From: Tubulanus polymorphus
Lineage: Eukaryota; Animalia; Nemertea
Assembly: GCF_964204645.1 (NCBI RefSeq)
Contig: NC_134026.1
Coordinates: 14,418,150 to 14,482,149, forward strand
Direction: 5' to 3'
DNA: 64,000 nucleotides
The notes below the pieces were generated by a model that was given only the letters and a program-made list of their open reading frames with translations, did not search any database and was not told where the DNA came from. The translations under genes and the position numbers were made by a program. Positions 12,157-24,700 of this stretch are shown in pieces (within the stretch, counting starts at the first letter, position 1; every line of letters starts with the position of its first letter).

Positions 12157-13752
12157 TTGGCACTTTATTCTTGTAATCATGTTTTTTAAATTCTAATATC
12201 TTATCCTTTTCATTTGGTAAAACTATTTTACAATAATCATGATTTTCACATAATTGTTTATGATTTAATAATGCACTTTCATTACTGAATTTAGTTGCAC
12301 ATTTTCTACATAGACATATTTTATGGTGATCATTTTCTGATTTGAAAAATAAATCAATTCTTTTAATCCACATATAATGATTTTCATGATATTATATATC
12401 TATAACACCATTTGAATCATAATCTTTTGATAGATATAAAGTTTCTAATGTATAATGTTCAATTTTATTACGTTTTGTTTTTGGTAATTTGATTAAATCA
12501 AATACATTTATTTTTAGATTATTATCTCTTTCTATTTTTGGAATGTTTTTAATTCTAACAGGATAACTGTCTATCTTATAATTATTTTCAAATTGTTTAT
12601 AATTTGTTAATCTGAAACTATGTGTAATATCTTCTGTTGGGTGTAAGCAACTTATAATTGTCCGTAGAAAACATTTATAACAGCATTACTTTTAAATGGT
12701 AATTTGTTATAACTTGATCCATTTATATTATCATCTTTGTAATATGATAAATTATTTTCATCAATTGGCTTTGATTTAGTTAATTTGATATATATTTTGT
12801 ATTATAAACATGTAAAGTCATAAATATTATTTCATCAAATATTAAACCAGAAAATATTTCTCTTCTATTTTACTTTTTATTTCATTATAACATCTATCTT
12901 ATCTATCATCTATATGCTGTTTTGAGATAATATGTTGTGAATGAGAATTTATATTATATATTGGTTTATCTTCAGATTTTAAAAATCTAACTTTAGCGGA
13001 TATACTAATTTTAGGATATTCTACGTCTGTAATTATTCTCATAATATTTTTCATATTTTCTAAATGTTTTTTTCTTCTTCTAATGTTTTACCTTTATCAA
13101 ATTTAAACTCAATTGCGGCTGGTCCAATATCACTTTTAAATGCTTCAGTTATTTCTATTTCTTTTTTATTATCTAATGAATTAATATAATTTCCAACATT
13201 TTCCATATATGATTTCTTATTATTTAGAGTATCTTTTATTCTATTAATTGTCGTCGGTTTATTATTATCATTATCAAAATAATCTTCACCTAAAATATCA
13301 TTATTCATATTTCTAATATGACTTTAAGATTTTAAATGTTCTTTATAATATCTTTTGTTACTGAATGATTGATTACACGTATCACATTTATATATTTCTT
13401 TTTCATTCTTTAATTCTTCTAATTTAGTTTCTAATATATCATCTTTATATTCTAACTTTTATTTATTCTCTAAGTGAGATTTTGTTTTATTATGTCTTAC
13501 TTTTTGAGATTTATCTATATTAATTTTACATGTCGGACAGTAGTACTTATTTGCTTCCATTTTAATATCAAATTTTTTTATTAAAATTGACTTTAGAAGT
13601 TATTCATTTATATGTTATTCATATATATGAATATTTTAAGAGTAAGAGGGAATATGGGGGTTCATGACAAAGGTTGAAGGGGTGAGTGAGTAAAAAATAA
13701 ATAAATTCGAGCATGTGAGAATTTATTTTTTATTTTTTTGAGCTCGACCCTT
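12157..13752 (-). mobile_element. Polinton copy 3: terminal fragment (partial hairpin terminus plus PolB N-terminus)
   Basis: Homologous to 21722-23160 (ORFs 12095-12373 and 13060-13308; MEANKYYC start near 13560); terminal hairpin remnant at 13641-13752. Confidence 0.9.
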
Positions 13753-13769
13753 ACAGTATTTCGCCTGTA

Positions 13770-14170
13770 ATTTGCGATGAATCTTTTTGATAATTAGCAT
13801 GGAGATTTGGTCTGGCGAGATGTCCACCCCTATTGTAAAAAATGTCATTGGTGATCAACCATAGCTGCCATTGGGGTGGCCATCTTGAATTTCTTGTTCG
13901 CACGATGTAACCCGCGATTCTTGATGGATTTCCACAAAATTTGGTGTGATGATCAGGGTGGGTAAGCTGTCAAATACGGCCGCCAAGTCAGCCATCTTGA
14001 ATTTCTAGCACGAAACGGCCTGCAATGCTTGATGCATTTTCAGGATACTAGGTGTAAGAATTTTGGTTGGTGAAATGTCTACCCCTTATTGAAAATTGAG
14101 TTCAAGTATGGCCACCAGGGTTGCCATCCATCTTGGATTTCTTTTCAGCACGATGCCTATACAAATTGTT
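13770..14170. repeat. Degenerate tandem units (GGCCATCTTGAATTT family)
   Basis: GCCATCTTG(A/G)ATTTC..GCACGA recurs at about 13880, 13990 and 14130; the same family occurs at 63840-64000. Confidence 0.6.
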
Positions 14171-15298
14171 GATGCATTTGTTCATGTAGTATGATCTTTG
14201 GGGCAGCTAAAATGGGTTTGTCTTTTCATGCAAGGATATATTAACAGAAAACAGTCGTGTACAGTCGCGCAGGCAATATAGCCTTATACGCTCGTGTTCA
14301 ATGCGAGCATTTGTCAGTTATAGAGTACGCGCGCCACGGTGTAGGTCGCGCTTAACAACGATTTTCTGAATGAAGATGTAAGCTACTTAATTAAAGCAAT
14401 CCTATCGTGAAATTATCAAAAAAACATGTCGGTCGATAAACTTTGTTTCGTCAGAAACGGGCACTGGCCTCAAATTTGAAGAACTTGGGAGCTTCTGTCC
14501 TGATTGGTCCGTATGATAATGAAAAACCTCCGATGAACCCATGCTCTCACAAAGTTTGTTCCTTAACGGGTCACTAGTTTTAGTTGTTTTACGTCATCCA
14601 AGGGATGTGTTTAAATAATGAACAATTGTTCTGACAGAAGGCCAATAATCAATTTCATTCTCGTTATAAGTCAGTTATCATTAAAGGTTCACACTTAACC
14701 AAATTGAGTCCTTTTATATATTTTTTTGTTTAATGAAATGAATTTTTGCATACTGGTAGCCTACGTGACAGATTTTTTACTTCACATCAGTTTGGCGTGC
14801 CACTGGACCATTGGTTTTAATATATCATAATAAAAATATAATTTAATTATACTAATTCGTTAGTCGGCAAGTTAATTATATTTCGAAAATGATTATTTCA
14901 AATGTTAACTAAACAGTCGAGCCCGAGAAACGGTTTATTTTCGGGGTGGCCTTAGTAACACTTTGTTGTAGGTATGCATTTTAGTGGTCTGTTATGGGGT
15001 GTTTCCTTGGTACGTATTTCGGAACTGGGGCTAGGAGGGTTTCTGAGAGAGAAAAAAGCTTCGAAGTAACCGGTATACAAGGATCGGGACGGGCTGTATC
15101 AGAACTTCTTTTTGGTATACTACTTCTTACCTTCTACAGACTATAGACCTGAGTCTCTTGTAGAGGGGAAATCCCATTGAACGAGTAACTTAACTCTTCT
15201 TTTGCGAACGTGAGCGAATATCTATCATTAGACAGCCACTTGCTAAATGTTTCAACCTACTGACTCCACTGATTCTTTGCATCCATTGTTTCATTCAG

Positions 15299-15436
15299 GT
15301 TGCAGCCTTAGCCATTGCCAGTGGGAATGGTTTACTGTTGAAAGGTGGAAAGGAAGCCTATTATTCCAACCAGATTCTCCATGAAATAGTTTGTAACGCT
15401 GTTGACAGGTTTGTGCCACTGAAAGCTGTGTGCCTT
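15299..15436 (+). CDS. ALDH18A1: Internal exon of delta-1-pyrroline-5-carboxylate synthase (gamma-glutamyl phosphate reductase domain)
   Basis: ttcattcAG acceptor, 46 open codons [31 protein letters not shown]...AVCL, GTAAGT donor; [20 protein letters not shown] matches animal P5CS as I recall it. Confidence 0.92.
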
Positions 15437-15489
15437 GTAAGTATTTTTATCATCTACACATGTTCAAACTGGAATGTAATGAGAGTTAT

Positions 15490-15550
15490 GTTTAGGGTTT
15501 TCTGTTCTTTCACAGAAAACCCTCATGTAATCGTCGCGATTATCATTTAT
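15490..15550 (+). mobile_element. Helentron-type element 5' end
   Basis: TTTAGGGTTTTCTG-TTCTTTCA-CAGAAAACCCT palindrome, same as at ~20450; matching 3' end not found. Confidence 0.5.
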
Positions 15551-15996
15551 CCACTTGATTTTTAACAAAACATCTATCTTCGCTCAGATTCGACTGCTAA
15601 TCAGTAATAAACACTCTAATCAATGTGGTGAGTGTTATTAGGCTCTGAATACATGTGCTAGAATGTTTTGAACGTATTCATCGAATTAATCCCGCGACGA
15701 AAATACCGACACCGAACTAGATAAAGGATTCGCCATTCGTTTATTACTAATCCCTAAATTCATTATTTTACCCGACCACATAGGTCTCTGCGCCAGTCAA
15801 AAAAAGGATTGCGACGAGAATATCAAATCAGGGAAAGTGAAATCAGCTCCGTTTACTAACGGTTTAGACTGGTTGCCTGTCCCATTCAATATGGGACAGG
15901 TTTTTGCCCGTCCGCCATCTTCCGCGGATTTTACGGATCCAATCAGATTTCAGTATTTCATCACGTGAACAATGTAACACGGCCGCCTACACTGTG

Positions 15997-15997
<1 letters not shown>

Positions 15998-16053
<56 letters not shown>

Positions 16054-16113
16054 CCATCACCATCACCATCACCATCACCACCACCACCACCACCACCACC
16101 ACCACCATCATCA
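15998..16113. repeat. (CAT)n/(CAC)n compound microsatellite
   Basis: Seen directly. Confidence 0.98.
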
Positions 16114-17548
16114 TGTGTACTTTATTTCTCCACTGCTCACGATCTGATAAACTGATGAGGTTTAAAGAGCTGGATTCTGTGAATAACTGCACTAGCCAGC
16201 CTTCAATTTGAATTGTGATTGGATTATCTGTCTGGTCGAGACATGGTCTTTATGATTCTAAAGACACTATCATTCAAAGGGATATCAGGATCGTCCTAAT
16301 TTGTCGATGAAAAAAAAACTACTGTTCTATGTCATGAAATACGTAGTGTCATTGCTTATTCTCTTGTCAGGGGCTGAACAAGATTTTGTACCAGAAGTGA
16401 ACAATAAATATTGAATTCAGTGAAAAAGAATTGGTCGTGATGAATTTTATAATCGATTTCTAGCAAAGTCAACATTGAGATTGTGTGGTCCATGAGGAGA
16501 GAGGATATTGCGAATTTCCAGTGTGTTCTGAGTATTTTGTCTTGACCACGTCTCTTAATTTGACTGTCCCAACTTGCTGTCTGTATCAGGAAATCAGTAG
16601 GCTGAGGTGGATCCAAATATCTGATCTCACAAAGCACTAAGGAGTTCAACAATTGTAAACTTTATTCAGATACTAAATATAGTCATTTTACAACACTGTA
16701 TTAAAACATCAATTCACTAAATACATCTCAGAAAGGATGTCCCCTGTTCCTTCAGAATGTTCTGTAGTTAGTGACGGTCATGGCAGAGCTCACCTCGCAT
16801 TGGATTCCGATCATTGTTAGTTTGTATTCCGAGTACCAGGTAAATTATCAGCGGATTTATCTGATACCTACAGCAATTAATGTCTTTCAGTCCATTGTAA
16901 AGGGCAATATTGATATCGAAGCTAAGCAGATTCGAAGAGACGCCATCTTAACCAGGAAGTAACTTGCTACTTTACATGTTTGACCTTATTTGACATGCAT
17001 CTTAAATGTAAAATGGAGGATGGGCACAACCGGTCTCTAATTGAAGATAGATACCGGTAACCAGTCTACTAACGGTTAAAACGCATAAACAATGTTAAGT
17101 AATAGCAATATGAAAACAACGATTATAATTATTTGAATGTATCGAAGAAAATGCCGATGCCGACTAAAATGGAGTGGTCGTCCATTCGATCCTGCACACG
17201 CTATCTGCGACATGAAAATGAAATAACGTTACCTATCCGGACAGCCGATCAGGATGCGTCATTTAAATTCACCAACGCAATAGTGAAAAACGTAGTTGGA
17301 AAAACAGGAATGATCATCATTTGGATGCATTTCAAACAAATTTCGCTTGGTTTACAGGTCGGCATCATTGATGTAGGTATAGAGTTAATCTTCCAACCCT
17401 ATTTATGTATTTGGGTGCTGCATATCTATAATCAGCGATTGTTTGCCTAGCATACGCTCGCGTAATGATGAAAAACGGCTTTCGTGGCCGGTAAGGTGGG
17501 CCCACCTAAATTGTTTTGGTATGCTAATGAATAGGTGATGACGTCACT

Positions 17549-20447
17549 TTCAATTTCAATTTCAATTTTCAATTTCAATTTATTTCATAAGAAAGCAAGT
17601 TATAAGAATATTTACAAATAGAATAAAAAATAAAATTAAGAAGTTTTTCTTATGAGGGCCAAGCAAAGGCCAAAAGGCCGCTATAGCAAGCACCCTTGAA
17701 AAGCAAAAAAAAAAGAAAAAAAAGAAGAGAGAGAAAAAACAAGGAAAGACAATGAAGAATAATGAGGATGAGATAAGCGAAGAGAGTTATTTAGGAACAA
17801 TTATAACAGTTGGGGTTATCGCAGAGATGGGTGTTAGAGTAGCTGGAGGTGAGAATGTATTTTGTTTTGCGTCTGAGAGAATATTTACTGGTTGAAAATG
17901 AATTGCTTGTAAGTTGTAGATTTTGCCAAATTTTTATAAGATTCTTAGAAATATTAGATTTACAGTCGATGTCAGGTTTAGTTTGTTTTGATAGTGATGA
18001 ATAAGTGTGATCAAGCTGGATGTGTCTTTGTGAAGTTGAAAGTGTAAATGTAGAAAGTTTGTCGAGGGTGAAAAGAGATACAAAATATTGTGGCGGTGAC
18101 TTCATAGTTTGCTGGATGAAAAGGGTGGTTTTTAGAGTCAATACATCATTTATTTTTAGGACATTTAGTTTTTTGAAGAGTGGGTCAGTGTGGGCTGTGT
18201 ATTTCGATTTTGTGATGATTCTAACGATTTTCTTTTGAAGAAGACATTTTTTTGTTTTGTTTGGAGAGAGTCCCCAGGTTATTAGACGGTAGGTCAGGTG
18301 TGGGTAGATGAGGGTGTGATAACGTGTTAAGAGGGATTGTGTATCGAGGATGGGTTTTGATTTGTTCATGATACCTATTATTTGTGATATTTTCTTGTTT
18401 ATTTTATTGATATGTGGTGTCCAGTTGAGATTTTCGTGAATGGTAAGGCCAAGGAAATTTATTTCAATGACTCGCTCTAGTAGAGAATTGCCAATTTTTA
18501 TTTGAAAATTTGGATTTAAGAAAGGTTTACGTTGGTGATGATGGAAAATATTGTATTTTGTTTTGTCAAGGTTTGGAGTTAGTTTATTGGCTGATAGCCA
18601 ATCGTATAGGAAATTTAGGTCAGAATTGATGTTTTGTACTAGAGTTTCAAAATTTTTGTGAGATGCTAAACAGTTAGTATAATCTGCAAATAGTATATAA
18701 TCTATAAATAGTGTATAGTGCAAATAGTATATAAGTGGTTAGAGCATTTGTGAATATCATTAATGTAGATTAAAAAGAGGAGAGGGCCGGGAATCGAGCC
18801 TTGAGGGACGCCTATGTTAGAGAAGAGTGGAGAAGAAACAGTGTTGTTGACGGAGACTAAATTTTGACGGTTAGATAGATAAGAAGAGACCCAATCTAGT
18901 GCTAATCCTCTTATTCCATAGTGTTCGAGTTTAGAAAGTAGAATATTGTGATTGAGAGTGTCGAATGCCTTAGAGAGATCAAGAAATATACCTATTGTCC
19001 ATTCGTGATTGTCGAGGGATTTTGAGATTTTATCAGTAAGTTCTAGAATGGCGTGTTCAGTGGAATGATTTTTTCGAAAGCCATATTGATTTGGGAAAAG
19101 CTGGTTGTCAATGAAGTTAGATAAGCGTTTATGAACTAGTTTTTCGTAGATTTTAGAAATGGAACTTAGTAGGGAAATTGGTCGATAGTTTTCAATTTGA
19201 TCTTTATCATTTGTTTTGTGGAGAGGTATTATTTTTGCGATTTTAAGATTATCGGGGAAAATACCTGTTTTGAAAGATTGATTTACTAAATATGTTAAAG
19301 GAAGGGAAATATGGTTGACGATTTCTTTTAGGATATGAGTGGAGTTGCAGTCTTGACCTGTTGAATGTTTTGTTTTAAGGCTTTTTACTATTTCATTTTC
19401 ACAAGTTGGAAGAAGGAAAAAATTTGTATTTGATCTTGGTACCTTAGAAAGATAATGTTTAGAGGAGAATTGAGAATCTGGAATTTTGGATGCTAATTTT
19501 TCACCGATCTGGTTGAAATGGCTATTGAAAGAGTTTGCAATAATTTCTGGATCAGTAATGTCTGTAGGGTTAATTTTGAATGAGTGAGGTAAGTCGTGTT
19601 TGTTATTGGTTTTGCCAATTATTTCTTTGAGGATCTTCCATGTGTTTTTAATATTTCCGCTTGCAGATTCTAGAGATTGTTTATAGTAATCTTTCTTTGA
19701 GATTCTAGTTATGGATTTAAGTTTGTTCCGATATGCTTTGAATTTGTGTTGTTCTATGGCCCGGGTGGTTTCACTTTTTATGGATAGTAAGTGTTTGTAT
19801 TTTTTTATCTTTGTTATAGATAGATTGAATTATTCCCTTGGTTATCCATGGATTTTTTGAGACGTTATATTTGTTTAGTTTGATTGTTTGAGTGGTGGTT
19901 TCAGAGGCTTTTATGTTTGAGACAGTTGTTGAAAAAGAGGCAAAAGCCAGGTTAGTAGATAAGTTGTTATTTGAGAGAGATTGAAAGTCAGTATCATCTA
20001 GTTTGTTGCATATGTTCTGTATTCCGTGCCTAGTGATTGTCTTTTTGGTTTTTGTGAAATATTTATTTGAAGTTTGTTTTTTTTATGACTACAGGCGAAA
20101 GTAAAGAAGTGATCAGAGGGTGTTGTCGTTAGAATTCCAGAGTAATAGTTATTGTAAGAATTTGTAAAAATGTTGTCAATAAGGGTAGCACTGTGGTGAG
20201 TTACTCGTGTCGGTAAAGTGATGAGAGGAGTGAAAGAGTTTGTTGTCATTAATTCCAAGAGTTTGTTGTCATTAATTCAAAGAAGTTAGAACTGAGTTGA
20301 TTTGAATTTGATTTAATAAGGTCGATATTGAAGTCGCCACAGATAAAGATCTCAGACTTAGGGAATTTTAGTTTGGAAATTTCACATTCAAAAGCTTGAA
20401 GTAAGTCCTTGGTATTTGAAGCTGGAGGTTTGTAGACGATGCCAATT
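17549..20447 (-). mobile_element. LINE A (CR1/L2 group) 3' part: ORF2 APE C-half, RT and 3' tail
   Basis: APE motifs GIVYKPP, CGDFNIDL, TLIDNIF and SDH; RT motifs FLDLSKAFD, GVPQGSI.GPLLF.IYIND and FADYT; C-terminal HTDPLFKKL; AATAAA plus (ATTGAA)n tail at 17549-17585; stops and frameshifts. Confidence 0.9.
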
Positions 20448-21336
20448 ATTAGGGTTTTCTGTTTCTTCACAGAAAACCCTATTGAAATTCGCGTGATTAT
20501 TATTATTTTGTTCCCCTTTTCCACGCAGTTTTTGTTAAAAGTGTAAAGGCTTCCTTACCTTACCGCTGTCGCCGATACAATCCGTATGATATCCTTCAGC
20601 TCACTTCAATCTCCAGATACTGCATGGGAATTTTGATAAATCCACGTTATAAAGGCACTGTCGAGCCGTAAACATCGGAAATTTGACTCCGTTCAATTAG
20701 TACCCATGCTTTCTTTCCGAAATTTCTCTCTTCTTTATGAGGAAGAGCTATCGAATTATTCCCTCTCTTCTCCACAATCAATTTTATGAATTTATTGCTC
20801 AGCGGGTCCGAGTCCAATAGTTTACGAGTCCGGCGTTCGCGTGTCTGACAGGTTTACGGGCATTTGTTTGTTACTTCTTTAATATTTTTGATTTCTTGTT
20901 ATTCCGGTTATTGCTGATCAGTTCATGTAACCAAAAGCGTCAATAAACAGATTTTGAATTGATCAAGTTTAAATCAAGGTCGTTGAGTCGCGGAGGGCTA
21001 CTAGAATTACGGTGCAGAATTACGTTCGTCTCAGAGAGAAAACAAAGGACAGAAAAGTATCAGGTGATTATCGATAGCCTACTACGGTACACACAGTTGA
21101 CAAACAGTGTTAGGCCTGTGCCGGTTGGTGCGTACTGGGAATAAATATACTGGTTGGTCAGTTGGTCCGGTTGTGAAGTGTGGAAGCTAAGAAGAAAGCC
21201 TACCGGTATTTATTTGTCTAATAGGCCTATTATATAGTAGCCAATACCATTTTTTAAGTACGAAGTTGGTATACGTATGTGACTGTATGGTGATATCAAC
21301 AGGTTAACCGTACGTGAGTTCCCTAAAAACGCCGTA

Positions 21337-21724
21337 AGTAATAGGGGTAATAGGCTTTCATACCAAAGGTCGAGAGGTCGAGAAAGTAAAAAAATAAAAA
21401 ATAAATTCTCGCACACTCGAATTTACTTTTTATTTTTACTCACTCGCCCCTTCAACCTTTGATATGAAAGCCTATTACCCCTATTACTCTTAAAATATTC
21501 ATATACATGAATAACATTTAAATTGACAGATTATTCAATATAAAAGTGTAAGCCCTTATAGAATAGATATATAGATATATTTTAAACATTATTTCAATAT
21601 TCATATTTGTATGAGTTAGATTTTTAAACATTAAAAGTGTTAGTTAAGTGTAATTGAAATAATACATGATATAAATCATTGAACTTCTAAAATCAATTTT
21701 AATAAAAAATTTAGTATTAAAATG
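21337..21724 (+). repeat. Left TIR of copy 1, including a 152-nt terminal hairpin (21337-21488)
   Basis: Reverse complement of 39544-39894, extending up to the first ATG at each end. Confidence 0.95.
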
Positions 21725-24700
21725 GAAGCAAATAAGTACTACTGCCCAACATGTAATATCAATATAGATAAATCCCAAAAAGCAAGACACAATAAAACTA
21801 AAACACATTTAGAGAATAAATTGAAACTAGAATATAAAGATGATATATTAGAAACTAAATTAGATGAATTAAAGAATGAAAAAGAAACATACAAATGTGA
21901 TACATGTAATCTATCATTCAGTGATAAAAAGATATTATAATGAACATTTAAAATCTTAAAGTCATATTAGAAATATGAATAATGATATTTTAGGTGAAGA
22001 TTATTTTGATAAAAATAATGATAAGAAACAGAAGACAATTAAAAGCATAAAAAATAAATTAAACAATAAAAGACCATACATGGAAGATGTAAGAAAATAT
22101 ATTAATTTATTGGATAATAAAAAAGATATAGAGATAACCGAAGCATTTAAAAGTGATATTGGTCCAGCAGCTATCGAGTTTAAATTTCATAAAGGAAAAA
22201 CATTAGAAGAAAATAAAAAACATTTAGAAAATATGAAAGAAATAATAAAAATATTAACTGATGTTGAATATCCTAAAATTAGTATATCTTCTAAAGTAAA
22301 GTTTATAAAATCTGAAGATAAACCAATATATAATATAAATTCTCATTCACAACATATTATATATAAACAACATATAGATGATAAATTAGATAAATGTTAT
22401 AATGAAGTAAAAACTAAAATAGAAGAGAAATATTTTGAAGGATCTGGTTTAATATTTGATGAAATAATATTTATGACTTTACATGTGTATAACACAAAAT
22501 ATAATAAGTTAACTAAATCAAAACCAATAGACGAAAATAATGTATCATATTATAAAGAACCAGATATTGAAGCATCAAGTTATATTAAACTACCATTTAA
22601 AACTAATGCTATAATAAATGTACAAAATGAAGATGATAAATGTTTTCTATGGACAATTATAAGTTGCTTACATCCAACAGAAGATATTACACATAGTTTT
22701 AGATTAACAAATTATAAACCATTTGAAAATTATTATAAGATAGATAAGTATCCTGTTATAATTAAAAACATCCCAAAAATAGAAAGAGATAATAATATAA
22801 AGATAAATGTATTTTATTTAATCAAACTACCAAATACAAAAGGTAACAATATAAAACATTATACATTAGAACCTTTATACCTATCAAAAGATTATGATTC
22901 AAACGATGTTATAGATATATTATATTATGAGAATCATTATATGTGGATTAAACAAATAGATTTATTCTTTAGAACAGAAAGTGATCACCATAATAAAATA
23001 TATCTATGTAGAAAATGTTTACATAAATTCAGTAATGAAAGTACATTATTAAGACATAAACAATTATGTGAAAATCATGATTATTGTAACTTAGTTTCAC
23101 CAAATGAAAAGGATAAAATATTAGAATTCAAAAAATATGATTACAAAAATAAAGTTCCATTTGTTATATATGGAGATTTTGAATCATTAAATAAAGAATT
23201 AACTGATCAAGATAGAAAAGAAATATATTATAAAAGAAAGAAATTAAATTCTAATGAAAATGATTTTTTAGATGAACCACCAAAAACAAATACTATTAAA
23301 AAGATTCATCAATCAGCTGCTGCTTTCGGGTTATATATTAAATCTGATTATCCAGAACTAATTGAAAGTGAATATTATCATTATAGAAATGAAAATGTTA
23401 TTAATCATTTTTGTGACTTATTAATTGAATATGAAATAAAATTTAATGAAAAGTTAAATAAAAATAAAGAAATAATTATGACAGAAGAAGATAAAGAAGA
23501 ATTTGTGTTTACAGATAAATGTTATTATTGTGAAAAGATATTTAATTTTAGAGATAAAAAAGTAAGAGACCATGATCATTTGAATGGAAAGTTTAGAGGC
23601 GCTGCACATGAGAATTGTAACTTACAAGCTAAGAAAATTAACTTTGTACCAGTTATATTTCATAATCTATCAGGATATGATGCACATTTATTCATCAAAC
23701 AGTTATGTCATAAAATAGAAGAAATTAATAATGAAATAGAAAGATTCAATTCAAATGGACCAAAAGATAAAATACCAACTTATAAATTTAAAATGTTAGC
23801 TAGAACATCTGAGAATTATATATCATTCCCATTTGGTTGCCTAGGATTTATAGATTCATATAGATTTTTAAATAGTTCATTAGATAACTTATCAAAATCA
23901 TTAGTTGATGATGAATTAAAAATATTAAAGCAACACTACCCAAATAATGATGATTTTCAATTAATGAGATATAAAGGCGCAATTCCATATTCATTTTATA
24001 AATCACATAATGATTTTAATATAACTGAATTATTAAAAGAACAATTCTATGATGAATTAAAAAATGAATATGTTAAAGATGAAGTATATAATAGAACATT
24101 GAATATTTGGAATCATTTAGAATGAAAAATCATGAGCAATTAGTAGATTCATATCTAAAATCAGATGTATTATTATTAACCGATATATTCGAAAGGTTTA
24201 GAGAAACCTAAAATAAACCTAAAATATTTCAATATTGATCCTTGTCATTGTTATTCTAGTCCAGGATTAACATGGGATTGTGGATTAAAATTTACAGATA
24301 TAAAAATGGATTTGTTAACAAATATAGATCAATTATTATTATTTGAAAAATCTATAGGAGGAGGAGTTTCAGGTGTATAAGGGGATAGATATTTCAATGT
24401 AAATGATAACCCTGGATATAAGTTATTATATATAGATGCAAATAATTTTTATGGTTGGGCAATGATGGAACCACAACCTTATGGAGTATTTGAAATAAGT
24501 GAAGTTTTACAACATGAAAACAATGATAAATTTGATTGGAAGAAAAGAATTCTAGATATTGCAGATGATTCAGATACTGGTTACTTTTTTGTTGTAGACT
24601 TGGAATATCCTGAACATATTCATCATATTCATACAGAACAGTTAATGGTAACTCAAGAAGATAAATATAATTATGTAGTACATTATGGAATGTTAATGTT

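Noticed and set aside
12095-12373. Apparent PolB-host fusion ORF
   Set aside because: Read-through across the junction of a truncated Polinton and the MULE exon, in the wrong frame for that exon.
15904-16192. Poly-His, poly-Ser/Pro and poly-Met/Val ORFs
   Set aside because: These are translations of a (CAT)n(CAC)n microsatellite.
16350-16970. Exon-like segments with splice signals
   Set aside because: No recognisable protein, stops present, and no match to the next P5CS exon.
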